64,000 nucleotides of DNA from Flectonema sp. DT1601 (GCA_964019425.1 OZ025799.1:496001-560000); one strand, 5' to 3'; counted from the stretch's first letter, positions 1-13,047 are shown. Numbers and translations are program-made. Notes: generated from the letters alone by a model not told the origin.

Positions 1-130
1 CGAACTGGACGGTTTACAGCCATTTTGGATTTTGTAATGAATGGCCGTTCTGAAACTATTTGTGTAGGAAAGACCCCTTTACCCTAATTATAATTTAGTT
101 TCCATTTATTTATTCAGTCTTAATTACACA

Positions 131-468
131 GATTGTTTTTTCTTTAAAAATAAATAAAAAGAATAAAAAAAAAATAAAAGGAATAAACAATGTTATCATT
201 GTTTTTTTTTTATCGATCGACTATGTCGATTACTTACTATTTTCCGTCCTGGTCAAGACGCTAAACTGATTGTTTTTTCTTTAGAATAATTAAAAAGATT
301 TAAAAAAAAAAAAAAAAAAAAAATGAATAAACAATGTTATCATTGTTTTTTTTTCTATTGATCAACTATGTCGATTAATTTCTATTTTCCGTCCTGATCG
401 AGACGCTAAACTGATTGTTTCCTTTTTTTAAATAATAAATAAGAAAAAAAAAAAAAAAAAAAAAAAAA
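131..468 (-). repeat. Dyad-rich satellite, reverse orientation (about 2-3 units)
   Basis: Reverse complement of the unit seen at 7665-12015 (AAACAATGTTATCATTGTTT...ATCGATCGACTATGTCGAT...GTCCTGGTCAAGACGCTAAACTGATTG). Confidence 0.95.
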
Positions 469-590
469 GAGCATCTCCCTGCTATCCCTCATATCCCCAC
501 AATAATATTATACCTTTTCATTTTCTCTTTCCTTTTCTGGTCTTTTTTTTTTCTTTTTTTTCCTTTTTCATACAACGTTTTTTATTTATA

Positions 591-2320
591 TATTAGTCAT
601 TCCAAAAATAACCGGCCGCGAAAACCAGTTTTGCTTAGAGCAGCCGTTGGTCAAAAATGCATCCATTTTCGAGATTTTTTACGAGGTGGAAAGGTTCGGC
701 CCCAATCTCTCATTTTACGCGATGGGATTATTTTTTTTTCACTTTTTTTACTGACCGTTGGAACCCGACAGGTGCGTTATGGGTACTAAGAGAATGTCAC
801 TGTCGGCACGGAAAAGTTAATCCTGTTGCTGCATTTAATTTTTTTCTGGAAAAAAAAGGGAAATGCATCAGAGATTGGCATTTTTTCTCGTAACTACACT
901 TATTATTCCCTTAAGCACCAGCTTAAACTTCTCTTGTCACACGTGCCACGAGATGCCAGCTGAGTATGTCGTCGCGGATTTGCCAGAACCGGTAATGAGG
1001 ACGCTAAATCGGAGTGGGAGAAAAGGCAATCTGCATCGCATGCCTCCGGAAATACAAGCACTTCGGGAATACAAGAACCGACAAGGCGTGCTCCTCAGAC
1101 AACTACAACTGCACCTCGCACACTAACGCGAAAAGATGGAATCCGAAGTTCAACAAGCTTCTTGAGCCACCCTGCCGTGACTTCGCGGTAGTCTTGAAAT
1201 CCCCGGCGTATGCTCCTCTGCGCTCAATCTGCAACGCTTGCTACCAGCGAGCAAAAAGGCTGACTAGTGATCCGCATTACGCATCCGTCAGTGTCCCTGC
1301 AGAGCCGATCAATCCGGAACCGCTCTCCGATATTTTTGAACGCGTGAAAGAATCAGTTCCTGCTGTCCGTTCTCAGTTTTTGAGACTCTGTCTCACGCTA
1401 AGCTACACTGATAGCCAGATTAATGCCCATGTCAGGGATTCTTCAATGCGTAAGCAGCTACAGAGGCTGGAACAGCACGATCCCTCCCAATCAGTAAAGC
1501 AGCGCAGCCAAGACAGAGATATCTGGAACTTCTGGATTTCCAATGCACGCCCTGAGTCAAACCGCGTGGTCCTCAGCAAAGACTACATAACCGGCGAGAC
1601 AAGTAAAGAGACAGTCCTCCATGTAAAAGAACCATACCTTGCCTTGGAGTGCCTTCTGCAGAACTCACACAGCTATCTCATATGCTCAGTTTTGTGACAA
1701 AAGGCCTAAATGTGGGTTGGTGCGAGCCAACTTTCACCTGCTACCAACACTGAGAGTGAGTCTATTTCAGAAACAACTGAACCCACCTCAGATTCTGGTG
1801 AGTCTTCTACTGGCTCTTACTCTGTTAGTGAATCTAGTTCTAGTTCCAGTTTCAGATCGCTGTGTTCAACTAGTTCTATTATCGGTTCATTGCCGGTAGG
1901 AAAACGAAGAAAGCCAGCAGTAAAAGTTGCCAAAAAAGCTAAGCCTAATCAAAAATAAAAATAGGCTAAGTGTAGTGTAAGATGTACAAGGTACTGTTTT
2001 GCTTCGAGCAGCCTTTGTAACTGTTTCAGAGTAAAACATCCGACCAGGTACGGCCGGATATAGAACCATATACCGATCTTTCATTTTAGCACCCGGGGCA
2101 GCCGATTAGACATCAACAGTTCCATTATTCAAAAATTTCACCACACAAAAATGTCACAATTTTTTTGAATCTCAGCTGCATTTTTTTGAATCGCAGCGGG
2201 AATGAAATCGGCGGTGCAAAAGCGATTAAAATGGGTATTCGGTTTTAAGTTTTACTCCCTATTTTCACCCATGAAATACTGGAACCCTAAAATGGACGGT
2301 TATTTTTGGAATGACTAATA
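591..2320. mobile_element. TIR DNA transposon (non-autonomous relic) inserted at a TA/TATA site
   Basis: 24-bp perfect TIR TATTAGTCATTCCAAAAATAACCG at 591, with its reverse complement ending at 2320. Flanked by TA. The empty site is visible in other copies of the host repeat (e.g. 9541-9570). Confidence 0.9.
1014..1730 (+). pseudogene. Frameshifted, truncated transposase-like ORF (N-terminal CxxC...CxxC; Sola-like segment)
   Basis: Lies inside the TIR element. Cys motifs CIAC/CNAC. Joining frames near 1640 gives FWISNARPESNRVVLSKDYITG...WSAFCRTHTAISYAQFCDKRPK, which resembles from memory the KKDYV...FSKFCELRPK region of Sola-type transposases. No DDE core seen. Confidence 0.45.
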
Positions 2321-2322
2321 TA

Positions 2323-3740
2323 CTGTAAAGGGAAATATTCTTGTGGGGAAAAACCCGCGAGTTTTTATTATTTTTTCTAAATCCGCGAGAATATTTCCCC
2401 GCGGGAATATTTCCCTGCAAGCATATCTTTTTTCCAGCCATTTTTTTTGTTCCTTTTTGTGAAGAAAATATGTGTGCTATGAAGGGTTGAATTTCCAGGT
2501 GAGATTTGGACTGTTAGCTTTTGGCTAAGGCCCTCCCTGAAGAGCAAGAACAAAAAAACTACTCACACCTGAAGAAAACATACACAAAGAACACACTGTA
2601 AGCTGTGTGTGTATTTTGTGTTTGTCACAACAGGAGAGAAAAGAAAGAATGTCAAGGTTGGTCACCTTGCCTATCAACGCACAACATTGGTGGTCTCTAC
2701 TAGACCCTGAGTGATCCCACTGGATCTCTCATCGTTCATAGTACCCTATGTGAAGTTATAAAATCAAAGGTAAACTATGAACTACAAATGACTTAGCCTG
2801 TTATTATAATGCCACAGGCAGGCCCTGCATTCAGCAACTATCCAGCAGTGCTTGAATGTCCTGATCTTCTTCTAAAAAAAAGAAAGAAAAACAAAACTGT
2901 AGCTGGGATCACTCAGGATCAACAGACTACCAATGCTACCTGTTGTACTTGCTCACTATGGGGGGTGATGCCAAACACCCAGAAGTACTAAACTGCTTTC
3001 CTTCTTGCTGCCCAGGGGTTTCTGACCAGAACTAATAGAAAATAAAAACAGATGGGAAACAATAAAAAGTAAAATGAATATAACTGAAGTTAAACAAGAA
3101 TGTTGGTCCTAGACAAGACCTTAAACTGACTAACCGGTCTTAATTTTAACTAAGTGTTAACCTAGTTTCCTAGTTTCTAATATGAAATCTTTTTCTTTTT
3201 TTTTCTTTTTGAACAAAATGTAATTATTAATGTAAAAAAATGAAGAAACAGACCAGAACAGATAGAGAATAAAAAAGAAAAGATAATTGCAAGAGTTATT
3301 GTAGTAAAAGATTACAAATAAAAAAAAATGCAAGTATCAACACATGATCGAGATACACCAGCAGCTAACAAACAACATAAAATTGAAGATCAGTTGCCAG
3401 AGTATTTCAACCATGGTAGAATACTCGCCCCTCTGGCAGGGATTATCCCAGACTTGTCCTTTAATTTAAAGTTTCAGCAAAAATTATTTTTGTTGTAGTT
3501 TTTTATTGTGTTTGCTCGTAAATAATGATTTGTTCCACCTGACATTCGATGAAAGCACAAAGATTTGTTAAATTCTTGATCAACTGACTCACTTTCGCAA
3601 AAATCCTCTGTGGCAGGGAAATATTCTTGTGGGGAAAAACCCGCGAGTTTGAAAAAAAATCCCCAAATCCGCGAGAATATTTCCCCGCGAGAAAATTTCC
3701 CCGCAAGAATATTTCCCCGCGAGAATATTTCCCTTTACAG
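2323..3740. mobile_element. Second TIR element (CTGTAAAGGG...CCCTTTACAG) with subterminal GAATATTTCCCCGC repeats, interrupted by a fragment of the 1.36-kb unit
   Basis: TACTGTAAAGGGAAATATTC at 2321 and GAATATTTCCCTTTACAGTA at 3723-3742. TA/TATA on both sides. Host repeat resumes at ~3745. Confidence 0.9.
2486..3468. repeat. Partial copy of the 1.36-kb unit nested in TIR element 2
   Basis: Near-identical to 4604-5420, with an internal patch (3100-3300) from the module found at 20981-21030. Confidence 0.9.
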
Positions 3741-3744
3741 TATA

Positions 3745-4017
3745 TTTTTTTTTTTTTTTTTTTTCATGTTTGATTATTTCCTCTTCATTTTTTTTTTTCT
3801 TTTCTTTTCTTTCTTTTTTTTTTTTTTTCCTCTGCCTCTCTCTTAATTCTGTTCGTTTCTTTGAAACGAGAATTCATTTGAATATTATTCCTTGGTCAGC
3901 AACCATCATTGTCGCCCTTTGGGCCTGTTAAAAAAAAATAAAAATAAAAAGAAAGTTTACATCGGGAATAGGGCAGGAGCCAAAAGCTCCCAGTCCGTTA
4001 CTTCCCACTTTATCGAA
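3745..4017 (-). repeat. 'Head' module of the satellite-carrying unit (continues at 469-590 across the two TIR insertions)
   Basis: Reverse complement of 9265-9540 (TCGATAAAGTGGGAAGTAACGGACTGGGAGC...). Confidence 0.9.
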
Positions 4018-4046
4018 ATACACAATATGGACGATGATGGTCATTC

Positions 4047-4496
4047 CTATGAGTGGTGAGGGGGCCAGCAATGGTTTTTTTTTTTTTTCTCTTATTTCTT
4101 TTTTTCTTTTTCTTTTACTCTAATATGAAATATTTTTGAACAAAATGTGATTATTAATTTAAAAAAAAAAAAAAAATAATGTAAATGAATAATAAAAAAA
4201 AAAAAAAAAAAACATGCCTTGGGAATACAACCAAAGCCCCAATTAATCGGTCCTTTCTTTTTTCCTTCTTGTCAAGTGATCGCTCCACTCGTCGATCACC
4301 AAAACCGATTGTATTTATATCTGTTCTTTTCTCAACGATCGGCTATACCGATCATTTTTTTTTAAATAATTGTTTTCTTCTTCTCGACGATCAGATCTAA
4401 TTGATCGACTTTTTTTTTTTTTTTTCCTTTATTCTTTCCATCCCTCCCGCTCCCCTTATTTTAATAAAAACAAGATCAGCTCAGCTTGATCGTTAA

Positions 4497-4528
<32 letters not shown>

Positions 4529-4600
4529 CTGATTGTATTTATATCTGTTTATTTTTCTCAACGATCGGCTATGCCGATCAACCTTTAAAATAATTGTCTG
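4047..4600 (-). repeat. Module C, a diverged satellite relative; inverted copy of 19130-19693
   Basis: Shared GATCGGC(T)ATAGCCGATC dyads, AAACAAGATCAGCTCAGCTTGATCG and CATTGCTGGCCCCCTCACCACTCATAG. Confidence 0.9.
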
Positions 4601-6278
4601 AATTGAGTTGAATTACCAGGTGAGATTTGGACAGTTAGCTTTTGGCTAAGGCCCTCCCTGAAGAGCAAGAACAGAAAAACTACTCACACCTGAAGAAAAC
4701 ATACACAAAGAACACACTGTAAGCTGTGTGTGTATTTTGTGTTTGTCACAACAGGAGAGAAAAGAAAGAATGTCAAGGTTGGTCACCTTGCCTATCAACG
4801 CACAACATTGGTGGTCTCTACTAGACCCTGAGTGATCCCACTGGATCTCTCATCGTTCATAGTACCCTGTGTGAAGTTATAAAATCAAAGGTAAACTATG
4901 AACTACAAATGACTTAGCCTGTTATTATAATGCCACAGGCAGGCCCTGCATTCAGCAACTATCCAGCAGTGCTTGGATGTCCTGATCTTCTTCTAAAAAA
5001 AAGAAAGAAAAACAAAACTGTAGCTGGGATCACTCAGGATCAACAGACTACCAATGCTACCTGTTGTACTTGCTCACTATGGGGGGTGATGCCAAACACC
5101 CAGAAGTACTTAACTACTTTCCTTCTTGCTGCCCAGGAGTTTCTGACCAGAACTAATAGAAAATAAAAAGTAGATGGGAAACAATAAAAAGTAAAATGGA
5201 TATAACTGAAGTTAAACAAGACAAATGAGGTAACAGACCAGAACAGAAAGAGGATTGTAATAGAAGATTACAAATAAAAAAAAATGCAAGTATCAACACA
5301 TAATCAAGATACACCAGCAGCTAACAAACAACATAAAATTGAAGATCAGTTGCCAGAGTATTTCAACCATGGTAGAATACTCGCCCCTCTGGCAGGGATT
5401 ATCCCAGACTTGTCCTTTAATCTAGTTGGACACCATGGCTTACAACCCTTCCAGAGGGAAGCACCATTATGACTTCTATTTTTTTTCTTCAAGAAAATCA
5501 TAAGGTGGTAACAAAGAAAAATGCTAAGAGGAACCCCCTATTAACACCTAAGACATCTAAACTGCAGCCCAGCCTATGCCCAATGCACTAACAGGTCATT
5601 CCCTCACACTCAGATCAAAAAATCAAAGTTCAGAGTGCATCTTAGCGTGAATGAGAGAATTTCCTCCCGCTTATTTTGAACAAAAGGGATAGGAGAAGGG
5701 ATAGAAAACGAACATAAAAATAAGATTCTAAGTGAGAAACACTTAGCAGAAACACTTAGCAGCTTTTAAGGAGCTGAAAAGCAAAAAAAAAATCTAAGTG
5801 AGAAACACTTAGTAGAAACAATTCGTAGCTAATTAAGCTGAAAATAAAAAAATAAAAAATTTCTAAGTGAGAAATACTTAGCAACTTTTAGAACAAATAT
5901 TTCAGTAAATAACCTGTAATGATTAAACCATTACAGGTTTGATGTCAAAACTGACAAGGACTGAGTTGAATTACCAGGTGAGATTTGGACAGTTAGCTTT
6001 TGGCTAAGGCCCTCCCTGAAGAGCAAGAACAGAAAAACTACTCACACCTGAAGAAAACATACACAAAGAACACACTGTAAGCTGTGTGTGTATTTTGTGT
6101 TTGTCACAACAGGAGAGAAAAGAAAGAATGTCAAGGTTGGTCACCTTGCCTATCAACGCACAACATTGGTGGTCTCTACTAGACCCTGAGTGATCCCACT
6201 GGATCTCTCATCGTTCATAGTACCCTGTGTGAAGTTATAAAATCAAAGGTAAACTATGAACTATCTCAGTTTACTCAG

Positions 6279-6929
6279 GGAATGATCACTGAGTCCATTT
6301 CTGTGTCTTTTTAGTCCTTCAGTTTCCTGAAGGAAAAACGCGAAAAATCTGCCGTGACCGAGAATTGAACCCGTGACCACGGCTACCCAAGCGATTTATA
6401 GTCGACGACCATAACCACTCGGCTATGCCTGCTCTGGTACGTCGAAAATCTTTTATTACATTCTCTCTTCCCGCTCCTATCGGAACGGAAAGAAAAATAT
6501 CCCTCCCTTAACTAAAATGCACTCTGAACTTAATACTTCGGGTTCTGTGCAATGCTTGGACTGAACGGCTCTGTTGCGATGATTTGCTCTGTGCTCTGGA
6601 AGCCGTTTGTTTATCTATTCGCTAAACATTTAACATTATATTCCTTTCCTTAGCAAATTTTGCTTATTTACTTAAAACTTTAAACTTTTTCCCACCCAAC
6701 CCACCCTGGGTGTTTCTTCTTGAGGTTCGCGAATTGTTTGCTTGTTTATTTGGCTTGTTGCACCGCTCTTGCCTCGGTGCGTTTCAAAGTTTTGTCTAAA
6801 CGACCTCTTGAAGATGTAACATCACCCCGACGTCAGTTTCATATGTTTAATCACTTATTCTAAGTAGTTTAATTCTTAATTTTGTCTTAATTAGTTTAAC
6901 AATACAAAATGGATGAAGATGGTCATTCC
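6279..6929. mobile_element. Small element with imperfect GGAATGA...TCATTCC TIRs inserted in the 1.36-kb unit
   Basis: Host sequence GAACTA|CAAATGAC is split here. Left end GGAATGATCACTGAGTCCATTT versus right end (reverse complement) GGAATGACCATCTTCATCCATTT. A related solo end lies at 4020-4047. No clear TSD. Confidence 0.7.
6350..6432 (-). pseudogene. Degenerate tRNA-like sequence (A and B boxes; ATA in anticodon position)
   Basis: Minus strand reads GCAGGCA-TAGCCGAGTGG...GTCGA-CTATAAA-TCGCT...GGGTTCAATTCTC. The acceptor stem pairs poorly, so it is not a functional tRNA. Confidence 0.65.
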
Positions 6930-7250
6930 AAATGACTTAGCCTGTTATTATAATGCCACAGGCAGGCCCTGCATTCAGCAACTATCCAGCAGTGCTTGGA
7001 TGTCCTGATCTTCTTCTAAAAAAAAGAAAGAAAAACAAAACTGTAGCTGGGATCACTCAGGATCAACAGACTACCAATGCTACCTGTTGTACTTGCTCAC
7101 TATGGGGGGTGATGCCAAACACCCAGAAGTACTTAACTACTTTCCTTCTTGCTGCCCAGGAGTTTCTGACCAGAACTAATAGAAAATAAAAAGTAGATGG
7201 GAAACAATAAAAAGTAAAATGGATATAACTGAAGTTAAACAAGACAAATG

Positions 7251-7658
7251 AATTCGATAGAGTGGGAAGTAACGGACTGGGAGCTTTTGGCTCCTGCCCT
7301 ATTCCCGATGTAAACTTTCTTTTTATTTTTTTTTTTTTTTTAACAGGCCCAGAGGGCGACAATGACTGTTGCTGACCAAGGAATAATATTCAAATGAATT
7401 TTCGTTTCAAAGAAACGAACAGAATTAAGAGAGAGGCAGAGAAAAAAAAAAAAAAAAGAAAGAAAAGAAAAAAAAAATATGAAGAGGAAATAATCAAACA
7501 TGAAAAAAAAAAAAAAAAAAAAAAGACCAGAAAAGGAAAGAGAAAATGAAAAGGTATAATATTATTGTGGGGATATGGGAATAAGAAATTTGGGAGAGGA
7601 ATAGGGGCAGTGAACTTTTGGTTCAGGCCCTTCCCATCGAACAGGATAGCAGGGAGAT

Positions 7659-7694
<36 letters not shown>

Positions 7695-9661
7695 TTATTA
7701 TTTAAAAAAAGGAAACAATCAGTTTAGCGTCTCGATCGGGACGGAAAATAGAAATTAATCGACATAGTCGATCGATAGAAAACAAAACAATGATAACATT
7801 GTTTATTCATTTTTTTTTTTTTTTTTTTTTTTTTAAATCCTTTTAATTATTTTAAAGAAAAAACAATCAGTTTAGCGTCTTGACCAGGACGGAAAATAGA
7901 AAGTGATCGACATAGTCGATCGATAAAAAAACAATGATAACATTGTTTATTCTTTTTTTTTATTTTAAATTCTTTTTATTTATTTTTTTTTAAAGAAAAG
8001 AAACGGAAAATAGAAATTAGTCGACAAAGTCGAACGATAAAAAAACAATGATAACATTGTTTATTCTTTTTTTTTAATTTTTTTTATATTTTTTTTTTTT
8101 AATTAATTTTGAAAAAAAAACAATCAGTTTAGCGTCTTGACCAGGACGGAAAATAGAAAGTGATCGACATAGTCGATCGATAAAAAAAAAAAAAAAACAA
8201 TGATAATATTGTTTATTCTTTTTTTTTTTTTTTTTTTTTAAATTCTTTTTATTTATTTTTAAAGAAAAAAAATGGAAAATAGAAAATAGTCAACAAAGTC
8301 GAACGATAAAAAAAAACAATGATAACATTGTTTATTCTATTTTTTTATTTTTTTTTTTTTTTTCTATTCTTTTTTATTAATTTTGAAAAAAAAAAAAAAC
8401 AATCAGTTTAGCGTCTTGACCAGGACGGAAAATAGAAAGTAATCGACATAGTCGATCGATAAAAAAAACAATGATAACATTGTTTATTCTTTTTTTTTTT
8501 TTTTTAAATTCTTTTTATTTATTTTTTAAAAAGAAAAAAAACGGAAAATAGAAATTAGTCAACAAAGTCGAACGATAAAAAAAAAAACAATGATAACATT
8601 GTTTATTCTTTTTTTTTTTTTATTTTTTTATATTCTTTTTTATTAATTTTGAAAAAAAAAAAACAATCAGTTTAGCGTCTTGACCAGGACGGAAAATAGA
8701 AAGTGATCGACATAGTCGATCGATAAAAAAAACAATGATAACATTGTTTATTCTTTTTTTTTTTATTTTTAAAGAAAAAAAACGGAAAATAGAAATTAGT
8801 CGACAAAGTCGAACGATAAAAAAAACAATGATAACATTGTTTATTCTTTTTTTTATTTTTTTTTTTATATTCTTTTTTATTAATTTTGAAAAAAAAAACA
8901 ATCAGTTTAGCGTCTTGACCAGGACGGAAAATAGAAAGTAATCGACATAGTCGATCGATAAAAAAAACAATGATAACATTGTTTATTCTTTTTTTTTATT
9001 TTAAATTCTTTTTATTTATTTTTTAAAGAAAAAAACGGAAAATAGAAATTAGTCGACAAAGTCGAACGATAAAAAAACAATGATAACATTGTTTATTCTT
9101 TTTTTTAAATTTTTTTATATTCTTTCTATTAATTTCGAAAAAAAAAACAATCAGTTTAGCGTCTTGACCAGGACGGAAAATAGAAAGTGATCGACATAGT
9201 CGATCGATAAAAAAACAATGATAACATTGTTTATTCTTTTTTTTTATTTTAAATTCTTTTTATTGAATTTCGATAAGTGGGAAGTAACGGACTGGGAGCT
9301 TTTGGCTCCTGCCCTATTCCCGACGTAAACTTTCTTTTTATTTTTTTTTTTTTTTTAACAGGCCCAAAGGGCGACAATGATGGTTGCTGACCAAGGAATA
9401 ATATTCAAATGAATTTTCGTTTCAAAGAAACGAACAGAATTAAGAGAGAGGTAGAGAAAAAAAAAAAAAAAAAAAAAAAAGAAAGAATAGAAAAAAAATA
9501 TGAAGAGGAAATAATCAAACATGAAAAAAAAAAAAAAAAATAAAATATAAATAAAAAACGTTGTATGAAAAAGGAAAAAAAGAAAAAAAAAAGACCAGAA
9601 AAGGAAAGAGAAAATGAAAAGGTATAATATTATTGTGGGGATATGAGGATAGCAGGGAGAT

Positions 9662-9699
<38 letters not shown>

Positions 9700-9951
9700 T
9701 TATTATTTAAAAAAAGGAAACAATCAGTTTAGCGTCTCGATCAGGACGGAAAATAGAAATTAATCGACATAGTCGATCGATAGAAAAAAAACAATGATAA
9801 CATTGTTTATTCCTTTTTTTTTTTTTTTTTTTATTCTTTTTATTTATTTTTAAAGAAAAAACAATCAGTTTAGCGTCCTGACCAGGACGGAAAATTGAAA
9901 GTGATCCACATAGTCGATCGATAGAAAAAAGACAATGATAACATTGTTTAT

Positions 9952-9984
<33 letters not shown>

Positions 9985-12285
9985 CTTTTAATTATTTTAA
10001 AGAAAAAACAATCAGTTTAGCGTCTTGACCAGGACGGAAAATAGAAAGTGATCGACATAGTCGATCGATAAAAAACAATGATAACATTGTTTATTCCTTT
10101 TTTTTTTCTTTTTTTTTTATTCTTTTTATTTATTTTTAAAGAAAAAACAATCAGTTTAGCGTCCTGACCAGGACGGAAAATAGAAAGTAATCGACATAGT
10201 CGATCGATAAAAAAAAAACAATGATAACATTGTTTATTCCTTTTTTTTTTCTTTTTTTTTATTCTTTTTATTTTTTTTTTAAAGAAAAGAAACGGAAAAT
10301 AGAAATTAGTCGACAAAGTCGAACGATAAAAAAACAATGATAACATTGTTTATTCTTTTTTTTTAATTTTTTTTATATTTTTTTTTTTTAATTAATTTTG
10401 AAAAAAAAACAATCAGTTTAGCGTCTTGACCAGGACGGAAAATAGAAAGTGATCGACATAGTCGATCGATAAAAAAACAATGATAACATTGTTTATTCTT
10501 TTTTTTTATTTTAAATTCTTTTTATTTATTTTTTAAAGAAAAGAAACGGAAAATAGAAATTAGTCGACAAAGTCGAACGATAAAAAAACAATGATAACAT
10601 TGTTTATTCTTTTTTTTTTTTTTTTTATTTCTTTTTATTTATTAAAAAAAAAAACAATCAGTTTAGCGTCTTGACCAGGACGGAAAATAGAAAGTGATCG
10701 ACATAGTCGATCGATAAAAAAACAATGATAACATTGTTTATTCTTTTTTTTTTTTTTTTTAAATTCTTTTTATTTATTTTTTAAAGAAAAGAAACGGAAA
10801 ATAGAAATTAGTCGACAAAGTCGAACGATAAAAAAACAATGATAACATTGTTTATTCTTTTTTTTTAATTTTTTTATATTCTTTTTTATTAATTTCGAAA
10901 AAAAAACAATCAGTTTAGCGTCTTGACCAGGACGGAAAATAGAAAGTGATCGACATAGTCGATCGATAAAAAAACAATGATAACATTGTTTATTCTTTTT
11001 TTTTATTTTAAATTCTTTTTATTTATTTTTTAAAGAAAAGAAACGGAAAATAGAAATTAGTCGACAAAGTCGAACGATAAAAAAACAATGATAACATTGT
11101 TTATTCTTTTTTTTTAATTTTTTTTTTTATATTCTTTTTTATTAATTTCGAAAAAAAACAATCAGTTTAGCGTCTTGACCAGGACGGAAAATAGAAAGTG
11201 ATCGACATAGTCGATCGATAAAAAAACAATGATAACATTGTTTATTCTTTTTTTTTATTTTAAATTCTTTTTATTTATTTTTTAAAGAAAAGAAACGGAA
11301 AATAGAAATTAGTCGACAAAGTCGAACGATAAAAAAACAATGATAACATTGTTTATTCTTTTTTTTTATTTTAAATTCTTTTTATTTATTTTTTAAAGAA
11401 AAAAAAAACGGAAAATAGAAATTAGTCGACAAAGTCGAACGATAAAAAAAACAATGATAACATTGTTTATTCTTTTTTTTTATTTTATTTTTATATTCTT
11501 TTTTATTAATTTTGAAAAAAAAAAACAATCAGTTTAGCGTCTTGACCAGGACGGTAAATAGAAAGTAATCGACATAGTCGATCGATAAAAAAAACAATGA
11601 TAACATTGTTTATTCTTTTTTTTTATTTTAAATTCTTTTTATTTATTTTTTAAAGAAAAGAAACGGAAAATAGAAATTAGTCGACAAAGTCGAACGATAA
11701 AAAAACAATGATAACATTGTTTATTCTTTTTTTTTTTTTTTTTTTTATTTCTTTTTATTTATTAAAAAAAAAAACAATCAGTTTAGCGTCTTGACCAGGA
11801 CGGAAAATAGAAAGTGATCGACATAGTCGATCGATAAAAAAAACAATGATAACATTGTTTATTCTTTTTTTTTATTTTAAATTCTTTTTATTTATTTTTT
11901 AAAGAAAAAAACTGAAAATAGAAATTAGTCGACAAAGTCGAACGATAAAAAAAACAATGATAACATTGTTTATTCTTTTTTTTTTTATTTTAAATTCTTT
12001 TTATTTATTTTTTTAACAGGAGTTAAGATCACTTACATGAGTTAACACAACACAGATACGAGAGTCGAAAACTGAGGTAACACTACCAATTCAACAAAAA
12101 ATAATCAGGATCGGACACAAGGAGGAGAGTTCATTCTACCTCTCATTGTCCTTGCTGGTATCTTAAGTGTCTTGGTATCTCTTGTGTGTCGGTATCTCGG
12201 AAGTGCTGGTATCTCGTATGTGCGTTGGTATCTCTTGCGTGTTGGTATCTCTTGCACATAAAAAAAAAAAATATTGAGTTAACAT
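7251..12285 (+). mobile_element. Composite unit: head (7251-7662) + satellite (7665-9264) + head (9265-9665) + satellite (9666-12015) + tail (12016-12285)
   Basis: The block splits the 1.36-kb unit at GACAAATG|(A)GGTAACAGACC (intact at 5221-5240). The same head/satellite/tail order recurs at 12659-18765. Confidence 0.7.
7665..12015 (+). repeat. Satellite array of alternating A (~120 bp) and B (~100 bp) monomers
   Basis: A: AAACAATCAGTTTAGCGTCTTGACCAGGACGGAAAATAGAAAGTGATCGACATAGTCGATCGAT...AAACAATGATAACATTGTTT. B: CGGAAAATAGAAATTAGTCGACAAAGTCGAACGAT...AAACAATGATAACATTGTTT. Length variation is mostly in the A/T runs. Confidence 0.97.
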
Positions 12286-13047
12286 GGTAACAGACCAGAA
12301 CAGAAAGAGGATTGTAATAGAAGATTACAAATAAAAAAAAATGCAAGTATCAACACATAATCAAGATACACCAGCAGCTAACAAACAACATAAAATTGAA
12401 GATCAGTTGCCAGAGTATTTCAACCATGGTAGAATACTCGCCCCTCTGGCAGGGATTATCCCAGACTTGTCCTTTAATCTAGTTGGACACCATGGCTTAC
12501 AACCCTTCCAGAGGGAAGCACCATTATGACTTCTATTTTTTTTCTTCAAGAAAATCATAAGGTGGTAACAAAGAAAAATGCTAAGAGGAACCCCCTATTA
12601 ACACCTAAGACATCTAAACTGCAGCCCAGCCTATGCCCAATGCACTAACAGGTCATTCCGATAGAGTGGGAAGTAACGGACTGGGAGCTTTTGGCTCCTG
12701 CCCTATTCCCGATGTAAACTTTCTTTTTATTTTTTTTCTTTTTTTAACAGGCCCAGAGGGCGACAATGACTGTTGCTGACCAAGGAATAATATTCAAATG
12801 AATTTTCGTTTCAAAGAAACGAACAGAATTAAGAGAGAGGCAGAGAAAAAAAAAAAAAAAGAAAGAAAAGAAAAAAAAATATGAAGAGGAAATAATCAAA
12901 CATGAAAAAAATAAAAAAAAAATAAAATATAAATAAAAAACGTTGTATGAAAAAGGAAAAAAAAGAAAAAAAAAAAAAGACCAGAAAAGGAAAGAGAAAA
13001 TGAAAAGGTATAATATTATTGTGGGGATATGAGGATAGCAGGGAGAT

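Larger units (their letters stand above)
4604..7250. repeat. ~1.36-kb tandem unit (full copy 4604-5961; second copy from 5962, interrupted at 6264 and 7250, resuming at 12286-12659)
   Basis: TGAGTTGAATTACCAGGTGAG recurs at 4604 and 5962 (period 1358). Identical short ORFs at 4930/6953 and 5284/12341/23585 mark the copies. Confidence 0.92.

Noticed and set aside
70..90. Telomeric repeat
   Set aside because: Only a single CCCTAA; no array.
7665..12015. Hammerhead ribozyme, or SL RNA / 5S gene array, in the satellite
   Set aside because: No CUGANGA...GAAA core on either strand (closest is CTGATTG), and no recognisable spliced-leader or 5S sequence.
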